A stretch of DNA of 6,547 nucleotides from Octopus sinensis (Eukaryota), in NCBI RefSeq assembly GCF_006345805.1, contig NW_021829325.1:1-6547 (forward strand). Reading direction: 5' to 3'. The notes under the pieces were generated by a model, which saw only the letters and a program-made list of their open reading frames with translations, searched no databases and was not told where the DNA came from. The position numbers were made by a program, and so were the translations under genes. Positions 1 through 6,547 of this stretch are shown here, one piece after another. The stretch's first letter is position 1, and each line of letters starts with the position of its first letter.

Positions 1-191
1 CTGCGTAGCACCTTGGGTAAGTGCTTCTACTATAGCCTCGGGCCGACTAAAGCCTTGTGAGTGGATTTGGGTAGAAGGAAACAAAGAAGCCCGTCCGTAT
101 ATATATATGTATATATATATATATATATATAATATATATATATATATAGTATATATATACATATAGACAGAAACTGAAAGAGAGCCTGTCG

Positions 192-225
<34 letters not shown>

Positions 226-470
226 ATATATATATGATATGTATGTGTGTGGGTGTTTTGTGTGTATATGTTTGTGTGTTTGTCTCCCAACATCGCTTGA
301 CAACCGATGCTGGTGTGTTTTAAGCCCCCGTAACTTAGCTGGTTCGGCAAGAAAAACGATAGAATAAGTACTAGGCTTACAAACAATAAGTCTTGGGGTC
401 GGTTCGACTAAACGCGGTGCTCCAGCATGGCCGCAGCCAAATGACTGAAACAAGTAAAAGAGTAAAAGAG
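1..470 (+). mobile_element. CORE-like SINE with internal (TA)/(TG) microsatellite, copy 1 (5' head cut by window edge)
   Basis: 1-97 is the reverse complement of ~3850-3946; 272-470 is the reverse complement of ~3583-3777, with exact runs of 30 bp (438-467 vs 3583-3612) and 26 bp (295-320 vs 3732-3757). Ends in tandem tail AAGTAAAAGAGTAAAAGAG. CACCTTGGGTAAGT resembles the CORE-domain motif CCTTGGGCAAGT. Confidence 0.85.
98..280. repeat. (TA)n grading into (TG)n, internal to SINE copy 1
   Basis: Visible dinucleotide runs, interrupted at 164-191 by a duplicated SINE segment. Confidence 0.95.
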
Positions 471-512
471 TTTGCAACAATGACATCATAACTGCTACTG
501 AAGCGTTGAACA

Positions 513-533
513 CATCATCATCATCATCATCAT
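513..533. repeat. (CAT)7 microsatellite
   Basis: Seven perfect CAT units. Confidence 0.95.
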
Positions 534-684
534 CTATACGACAATCATCATAATATATTCTCTACATTCGATATTTGAATACGATACGATACGATAATCG
601 ATCTTACATGCGTTGTCTTCATTTCTCACTGCGTTCGAAGTGATTTCCAAATTCTTGATGCGAGCCATGAAATGCAATTCTTGA

Positions 685-766
685 TTTCTTCTTCTTCTTT
701 CTTCTCTTCTTCTTCTTCTTCTTCTTCTTCTTCTTTCTTCTTCCTTCTTCTTCTTCTTCTTCTTCA
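685..766. repeat. Imperfect (TTC)n microsatellite
   Basis: Visible TTC run with few interruptions. Confidence 0.95.
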
Positions 767-939
767 ATCTTCCATTAAACATAATTCTTTTTCTCCCTGT
801 TGTACAGTCAGTCCAACCATTTTACTGTGTACTGAGACATACATTACAAAACAAACAAAAAAACACTGAAATATTTCATTTTTGTTTGTCTATCTATCTT
901 TATCTATTTTTTTTTTGCATGAAGAGAATTCAACTTGCC

Positions 940-1262
940 ATCATCGTCATCATCCTCCCCTTCTTCTTCTTCTTCTTCTTCTTCTTCTTCTTCTCCTTCT
1001 CCTTCTCTTTCTCCTTCCTCTTCTTCTTCATCTTCTTCTCTTTCTCCTTCCTCTTCTTCTTCATCTTCTTCTCGTGCTTCTCTTCTTCTTCTTCTTCTCC
1101 ATCTTCATCTTCTTCATCTTCATCTTCTTCTTCTTCTTCATCTTCTTCTTCTTCTTCTTCTTCTTCTTCTCCTTCTTCTCCTTCCTTCTCCATCTTCCTC
1201 TTCTTCTTCTTCTTCTTCTTCTTCTCTCTCACCCTCTCTCTCTCTCCCCTCTCTCTCTCTCC
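940..1262. repeat. Mosaic (TTC/TCC/TCA)n tract followed by (CT)n
   Basis: Nearly all pyrimidine on +; 33-bp tandem duplication at 1003-1035/1036-1068. Confidence 0.95.
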
Positions 1263-1521
1263 CCCATGCTCCTCCCAGTCGGTAGCTGCTGCAACAGATG
1301 TAGTAGTCTCAATATCAAGCTCTATTATAGCCGTAAATTAAAGGATATGTGAAAGAAATACCAAAGACGCCGCAATAAGAGATTCTAACATGGATGGCAT
1401 TGTCACCATCAAAGCAACGTTGACGGATACTTCAGACATACAGCACCACGTTCATTAAAATCTACGGAACACGGTAAAAGATGTATGCTGCGTTGGATTG
1501 CTTTCGTTTTTAGCAATAACT

Positions 1522-1576
1522 GATAATAATAATAATAACAATAATAATAATGATGATGATGATAATAATAATGATA

Positions 1577-1628
<52 letters not shown>

Positions 1629-1769
1629 TGATGATGATAATAATAATAATGATAACAACAACAACAACAACAACAATAATAATAATAACAACAACAACAA
1701 CAACAACAATAATAATAACAACAACAACAATAATAATAATACTAATAATAATAATAAAAATACTAATAC

Positions 1770-1813
<44 letters not shown>

Positions 1814-2057
1814 TGATGATGACGATGATGTTGATGATGATGATGATGATGATGATGATAACGGCAACAATGATAATAATAACAGTACTGACAAATATCA
1901 AGATATGGATAATTATGATAATAAAAGTAAAAACAGCAGTAATGATAATGTTAATGATGACGATGATGAAGCTGACGATGAAGATGATGATGATGATGTT
2001 AATAATAATAAGGATGATGATGATGATAAGAGTAATAATAATAATAATAATAATAAC

Positions 2058-2094
<37 letters not shown>

Positions 2095-2214
2095 ACAATA
2101 ATAATGAAAATAATAATAATAATGAAAATAATAATAATAATAATTACAACAATAATAATGATGATGAAAGAAGAAAAGAAGAGAAGAAGAAGAAGAAGAA
2201 GAAGAAGAAGAAGA
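1522..2214. repeat. Compound trinucleotide tract (AAT, GAT, AAC, (AGT)12 at 2058-2093, then AAG)
   Basis: Directly visible; source of the poly-N/D/I/M/S/K ORFs in the track. Confidence 0.95.
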
Positions 2215-2607
2215 AATCGAGACAAGAAAATTTTACCAAACACAGACATGCGAATACTTAATGTATGACTTAAGACAAGGTACAAGAGGAAAAAAAGGAC
2301 ACTTATATTATAGACGCATCTAATTAATACTTAGAACGGAGCGCAATGCAAAAACAAGAATAATTATAATGCAATAAGTATGAATATTCTAGCTACCCAG
2401 TTATAAATGGTAATCATAAATTTTCAATAGGAGAGTAAACGAATTTGTAAGTCTAGACAAAACGTAAAAAGTAAACTTACTGCAGTTAGCAATCATATAC
2501 AGAAATAGTTTATTTGTTATGATACGACGTGTCTAATGTGTTAGGGGCTTTTGGTAAAGTATAAATCTGTTATTAAGGAACTACTATAGAACGACCAAAA
2601 TATCTAA

Positions 2608-2704
2608 TAGGTGCAGGAATTGTTATGAGATTCATAAGTTCGCTTCGCGGTCACGTAGTTTCTGCTTCATTTCCAGCGAGAGAACTACTAGACGGAAACT
2701 GTAT

Positions 2705-2781
<77 letters not shown>
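2608..2781 (+). mobile_element. Decayed, internally deleted SINE head (copy 2) followed by (TA)n
   Basis: ATAGGTGCAGGA (2608-2619) is the exact reverse complement of 4003-4014; TAGACGGAAACTG (2689-2701) is the exact reverse complement of 3863-3875; order matches copy 4; (TA)n 2702-2781 follows where the family carries its TA array. Confidence 0.6.
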
Positions 2782-2786
<5 letters not shown>

Positions 2787-2964
2787 AGCAGAGAAGCAAA
2801 AGAAGAGCACTCAACACTTTATTGGGAGTTACATGTATGGATCAAACAGTCTGATTTAGATTTCTTGGAACTTTGAGTTTCAAACGTGACTCTAATTTTC
2901 AGTCTGAAGATTAACATCACGCTTGAAACTCGGAGTACCAAAGATTCTGAATGCGATTGTTTGA

Positions 2965-3018
2965 TCTCTCTCTCTCTCACTCTCACTCTCTCTCTCTCTC
3001 TCTCTCTCTCTCGCAATG

Positions 3019-3053
<35 letters not shown>

Positions 3054-3066
3054 ATATATACATATA

Positions 3067-3111
<45 letters not shown>
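2965..3111. repeat. Compound (CT)n then (TA)(TG)(TA) microsatellite
   Basis: Visible dinucleotide runs. Confidence 0.95.
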
Positions 3112-3115
<4 letters not shown>

Positions 3116-3145
3116 GCGTGTGACTTCATGTGTGTTTTTTGTCAT

Positions 3146-3345
3146 TTTTACTTGATTCCGTCATTAAATTCCGGCCATACTGGTGTCTTATTTATTCTAT
3201 CGATTCTGTTTTTAGTAGAACTGCTAAGTTACGGGGACATAAATACTCCAACACCTGTTGTCAAGCGATGGTGGGAGAAGTCATATACACAAATGCACAG
3301 ACACACATACAGTCACACATCCGCGCACGCACACACACACACACG
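3146..3345 (-). mobile_element. Diverged 3' half of the same SINE (copy 3) with internal deletions; CA-rich tract at its 5' side
   Basis: Same-strand matches to copy 4: ATTTATTCTATCG 3190-3202/3684-3696; GCTAAGTTACGGGGAC 3223-3238 vs 3714-3729 (1 mismatch); GTTGTCAAGC 3257-3266/3748-3757; TTTTACTTG at 3146. Confidence 0.75.
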
Positions 3346-3490
3346 CCCCAACTTTCTCTCACACTCTCTTCTTGTTTCTTGAGTAACGCTGCGATGGACT
3401 GGCGTCATGTCCAGCTGATGGGGGAACACATACGCCACAGGAACCGGGAAACCGGACCCATGAGCCTGGCTAGGTTTGAAAAGGGCGCAT
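3346..3490 (+). mobile_element. Probable fragment of a second SINE family (V-domain-like motif)
   Basis: GC-richer island containing CTGCGATGGACTGGCGTCATGTCCAG (3389-3414), resembling the V-SINE-type motif CTGCGATGGACTGGCG..TGTCCAG as I recall it; single copy here, boundaries approximate. Confidence 0.35.
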
Positions 3491-3504
3491 AAAAATTTAA
3501 AACT

Positions 3505-3570
3505 TGCTTTATTTGTCGTTGTCGGTAATGTTTATTTTGTTGTTATTTTTGTTGTTGTCGTTGTTACTGC
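3505..3570. repeat. Degenerate TTG/TTA low-complexity tract
   Basis: Visible GTT/TTA-rich run abutting the tail of SINE copy 4. Confidence 0.7.
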
Positions 3571-3789
3571 TACTCTTTACTATTTTACTCTTTTACTTGT
3601 TTCAGTCATTTGACTGCGGCCATGCTGGAGCACCCCCTTTATTGGGCAACTCGACCCCGGGTCTTATTCTTTGTAAGCCCAGTATTTATTCTATCGGTCA
3701 CTTTTGCCGAACCGCTAAGTGACGGGGACGTAAACACACCAGCATCGGTTGTCAAGCAATGCTAGGGGGACAAACACAGACACAGACAG

Positions 3790-3846
<57 letters not shown>

Positions 3847-4014
3847 TACGACGGGCCTCCTTCAGTTTCCGTCTACCAAATCCACTCACAAGGCTTTGGT
3901 CGGCCCAGGGCTATAGTAGAAGACACTTGCCCAAGGTGCCACGCAGTGGGACTGAACCCGGAACCATGCGGTTGGTAAGCAAGCTACTTACCACACAGCC
4001 ACTCCTGCACCTAT
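3571..4014 (-). mobile_element. Near-complete tRNA-derived CORE-like SINE with internal microsatellite (copy 4)
   Basis: On -: A-box-like TGGCTGTGTGG (3991-4001), B-box-like GGTTCAGTCCC (3948-3958), CORE-like CACCTTGGGCAAGT, internal (TA)/(TG) at ~3772-3848, 3' hairpin CAGTC-AAAT-GACTG (3603-3616), degenerate 8-bp tandem tail (3571-3598). Inverted homologue at 1-470. Confidence 0.88.
3948..4001 (-). promoter_or_regulatory. Internal Pol III promoter-like A and B boxes of SINE copy 4
   Basis: Matches to TRGCNNARYGG and GGTTCGANNCC with 1-2 mismatches each and tRNA-like spacing; activity unknown. Confidence 0.6.
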
Positions 4015-4246
4015 GTTGATTTTAAAAAAAAATAACTTATAGCATTGCATTATATAAATTCTGTCTTCTTTAAATTATAATGAACGTGACAAAGTATGTC
4101 TGAAGTATCGGTTAACGCCACTTTGATGGTAGCAGTGCTACCGAAGATAGCACGTATTGCTCTGTAGTCTGTGTTCTCTTTAATGTATCTTGTCATTTAT
4201 TGCTATAGTAGTGGGTGGTTTTGAAGTAACTATAACTATTAATTCT

Positions 4247-4350
4247 GGTAGTGCTGGTGGTGGTGGTGGTGGTGTTGGTGCTGCTATTGGTAGCGCGGTT
4301 ACAGCAGATGATGCTGGTGATGTTAATAATGATGATGATGATAATGGTGA
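4247..4350. repeat. GGT/GCT/GAT mosaic low-complexity tract
   Basis: Visible (GGT)n and (GAT)n runs. Confidence 0.75.
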
Positions 4351-4611
4351 TTAAATTTCACTTGATGTAAATGGTAGAAAAATAGAAAGAATAGCAACTA
4401 TGAATATATTTCTATGAATGTTGTTTACTGAAAATCTGTAAATAAACACACAGTGTTACTATATATTCGTTATATAACAACTTATATAACGCCTCTCCTC
4501 GTTTATTTAGCTTTGCTTATTCCAGGAACGAGTTTTTAACGATTATTTTATATATAAGAGAACTTGTAATTAATAAAGGAATGATTAATATAAGAATTTA
4601 TTATTATTATT

Positions 4612-5114
4612 GAGTGAGAGAGCAGTTCATGCCATCAAAGTGACACTGGGGTAAAATATACGAAGCCCAAAATACCCATCATGACTACTCGTCTGATAAA
4701 GGTACACCAGGCACATGCATCACAACCATATGTGCGCGACATGGTGATCTCATATCAAGATAAACAGCACATGACCTTGTAGGTGGGGGCCCAGTTAGAA
4801 TTTTCTTCAGGTTGAGTAGCCCATCCCGCTCAAACGGTCCCTGAATAAGGGTTGCTTAAGGATGTTGAAAGAACCACCCATGTTTCCAGAGGTGAACTAT
4901 TCAAACCCCAAAGAATCCCTCTCAACACATGGCTATGATACCTCCACTACTTCTGCTCGTGATCAGAGATGCACATATCATCAGCATAAGGGACATGCTC
5001 AAACTGGTTAAGGTCAAACAACTGACAAGCAAATCTGTGGTATTGAGCAGAATATTTGCTGTAGCCCATCTTTTATACCAAGACAAAACAATGTACATGA
5101 TAACACTTCCAATC

Positions 5115-5117
<3 letters not shown>
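4612..5117. mobile_element. 506-bp non-coding unit bracketed by (ATT)n; probable interspersed repeat of unknown class
   Basis: Complex, GC-richer sequence sharply bounded by (ATT)4 (4600-4611) and an (ATT)n run (5118-5167); no recognisable protein or A/B boxes. Resembles a recurrent octopus repeat from memory (unverified). Confidence 0.5.
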
Positions 5118-5163
<46 letters not shown>

Positions 5164-5167
5164 TATT
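5118..5167. repeat. (ATT)14-AT-(ATT)2 microsatellite
   Basis: Counted from sequence. Confidence 0.95.
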
Positions 5168-5211
5168 GTTATATTTCGGAATGGTCATTTTGCCAGTTTA
5201 GACTATAAACG

Positions 5212-6060
5212 TATTATTATTATGTTTTTTCCTTCTTTCTTCAAATTTTCTTCCGTTTCTCGTCGAGTGTTTTCCATACACCTAGGGCAGAAAAGGCCAT
5301 TGTATGCATTCCCAGATTACACGCGCAAATTAACAGATAAAATATGTATTTAAAAATTAATAAATAAATTCATGGGTGGATGTTATGTTCACAGGGATAG
5401 TACACAGGGATTTTTTGCACTTCCTGTAGGGATGGTAAGCCTGGAATCATTTTCAAATAAGTTTCAGTACTTTTTTTTATCATTCCTAGAAATCCTACAA
5501 TCACTGGTACTGTAGTCGCTTTGAGATGCCACATTTTTTCAAGTTCTATTAGCAGGTCTTTATATTTACTGATCTTGTCAAATTCTTTCGCCGCTATATT
5601 GTGATCACAGGGAATACTCATGTTAATTAATAAACACATCCTTTTTGTCTGATCTTTTATAATAATATCCGGTTTATTAGCTTTTATAGTCCCGTCGGCC
5701 TGCACGGTGAAGTCCCGTAGAATCGACACATTTTCTCCCTCAGTCACAGCTTCAGGATGATATTTATACCATTTGTCAGCGGTTTTGATTTTATAACGCC
5801 GACATATTGTCCAATGTAAATACTGGCCGACTTTGTCATGTGTTGCTTTATATTCTGCAGGTGCTAAGACTCTACACCCTGAGATTAGGTGGTCTATTGT
5901 TTCAATCTCATCGTTTCAGAATCGGCATTTTGGGTCAGCTCCATTTTTCATCACATTGGCTTGGTAGTTTCGGGTTAATAAGCTTTGGTCTTGAGCAGCT
6001 TGTTTGCTACGGGCCACATACTTGCCATGGAGAGGTTTCTGTTCCCATAACAGAGGTTTC

Positions 6061-6064
<4 letters not shown>
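5212..6064 (-). mobile_element. 5'-truncated RLE-type non-LTR retrotransposon, R4/Dong-like, with 3' UTR and short (TAA)n tail
   Basis: Encodes the C-terminal CCHC + RLE region; a 3' UTR of ~165 bp ends in four TAA-type units (5212-5223); the 5' end abuts a 21-unit ATT tract. No RT domain present. Confidence 0.82.
5370..6047 (-). pseudogene. Dead C-terminal fragment of an RLE retrotransposon ORF (zinc knuckle + PD-(D/E)xK-type endonuclease)
   Basis: Extending track ORF 5370-5747 upstream in frame gives WEQKPLHGKYVARSKQAAQDQSLLTRNYQANVMKNGADPKCRF*NDEIETIDHLISGCRVLAPAEYKATHDKVGQYLHWTICRRYKIKTADKWYKYHPEAVTEGENVSILRDF..KPDIIIKD..CLLINMSIP..KEFDKISKYKDL..VPVIVGFLG. CX2CX8HX4C knuckle has its second Cys replaced by TGA (5916-5918). 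Confidence 0.88.
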
Positions 6065-6120
<56 letters not shown>

Positions 6121-6127
6121 CATTATT
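6065..6127. repeat. (ATT)18-ATC-(ATT)2 microsatellite
   Basis: Counted; equals the 21-Ile run in track ORF 5807-6184. Confidence 0.95.
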
Positions 6128-6332
6128 GCCAGAGCTGGACGTGTATTACGGAGCTCCGTAAATATGTTCTTTGTTTACCTTTAAAAATATTGTTATTGTT
6201 ACATTTTATTGTTATAACTTGTGAAAACTTAATCAAGAGCATATTGATCTGATTAACAGTGTTTAGTTATTGTTGCCCGCGGGTCAAAATTCTCGAAAAG
6301 TAAATTAATCTTCAAAATTTCCAAAATTTAAT

Positions 6333-6547
6333 ATGGCGTCTTCGTCTTTGTCAGCAAGGCAACAAGAGAGGGAAGTGGGAGGAGATGTAGAACGCGAAAT
6401 AGTCTTTCACCGTCACTCGATCCCACCTACATTAGATATAAAAGATAGTGGTAGCAGGAGGAGGAGGAGTAGTAATAGCAATGACATCAACAACAGCAAC
6501 GACCACAATGGAAGTGTCAGGAGTTACGAGGATTCGATCAAGGAAGC
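6333..6547 (+). CDS. Candidate host coding exon, 3'-incomplete, unknown product
   Basis: ATG with A at -3 and G at +4, in-frame TAA upstream at 6306-6308, 71 stop-free codons to window end: MASSSLSARQQEREVGGDVEREIVFHRHSIPPTLDIKDSGSRRRRSSNSNDINNSNDHNGSVRSYEDSIKE. No recognisable domain. Confidence 0.3.
   Translation, partial: MASSSLSARQQEREVGGDVEREIVFHRHSIPPTLDIKDSGSRRRRSSNSNDINNSNDHNGSVRSYEDSIKE

Noticed and set aside
1200-1341. Polypyrimidine tract plus CAG (1276-1278) as a splice acceptor
   Set aside because: The tract is a microsatellite and downstream frames stop quickly without recognisable peptide.
534-2285. Long ORFs of poly-S/F/L/K/E/N/I/M in the ORF track
   Set aside because: They arise from stop-free reading of trinucleotide repeats in several overlapping frames on both strands; no domain-like sequence.
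2581-2599. CTACTATAG..CGACCAAA resembling the SINE core
   Set aside because: Two short words only and out of order relative to copy 2; not distinguishable from chance.
2904-2937. Hammerhead-like words CTGAAGA...GAAA...GTA
   Set aside because: Stem II cannot close (T-T at the base) and stem I partners do not pair; chance match.
3940-4011. Possible tRNA gene
   Set aside because: A/B boxes present but I could not build a cloverleaf, and the sequence continues into a SINE body.
2625-4019. ORFs with IYIYIY, SLSL and THTH runs (also 30-386)
   Set aside because: Translations of dinucleotide arrays and SINE bodies.
4184-4353. Gly/Asp-rich (+) or Pro/Ser-rich (-) frames
   Set aside because: About 56 codons, no ATG, bounded by stops; explained by the GGT/GAT mosaic.
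4922-5201. Overlapping ORFs 4922-5188 (-) and 4929-5201 (+)
   Set aside because: No recognisable motif; lengths inflated by the ATT run.
4600-6127. CRISPR-like or regularly spaced array interpretation of ATT-separated segments
   Set aside because: Separators are simple microsatellites of variable length, intervening segments range from 44 to ~850 bp, and no cas genes are present.
5807-6252. Plus-strand ORFs 5807-6184 and 6004-6252
   Set aside because: Antisense shadow of the retrotransposon frame plus the ATT run.

Overview
AT-rich eukaryotic DNA dominated by microsatellites and retroposons; no complete host gene and no prokaryotic features (no CRISPR, operon or rRNA). The repeats resemble those I recall from octopus (coleoid cephalopod) genomes; this is recognition, not a database result. 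Contents: (1) four copies of one tRNA-headed, CORE-like SINE with an internal (TA)/(TG) microsatellite, two on + (1-470, decayed 2608-2781) and two on - (decayed 3146-3345, near-complete 3571-4014); (2) long mosaic trinucleotide tracts that explain nearly all ORF-track entries; (3) at 4600-6127, non-repetitive segments separated by (ATT)n runs, including a 5'-truncated dead R4/Dong-like non-LTR retrotransposon (CCHC knuckle + restriction-like endonuclease) and an unexplained 506-bp non-coding unit; (4) an ATG-initiated frame from 6333 running off the window end, absent from the ORF track, possibly a host coding exon.
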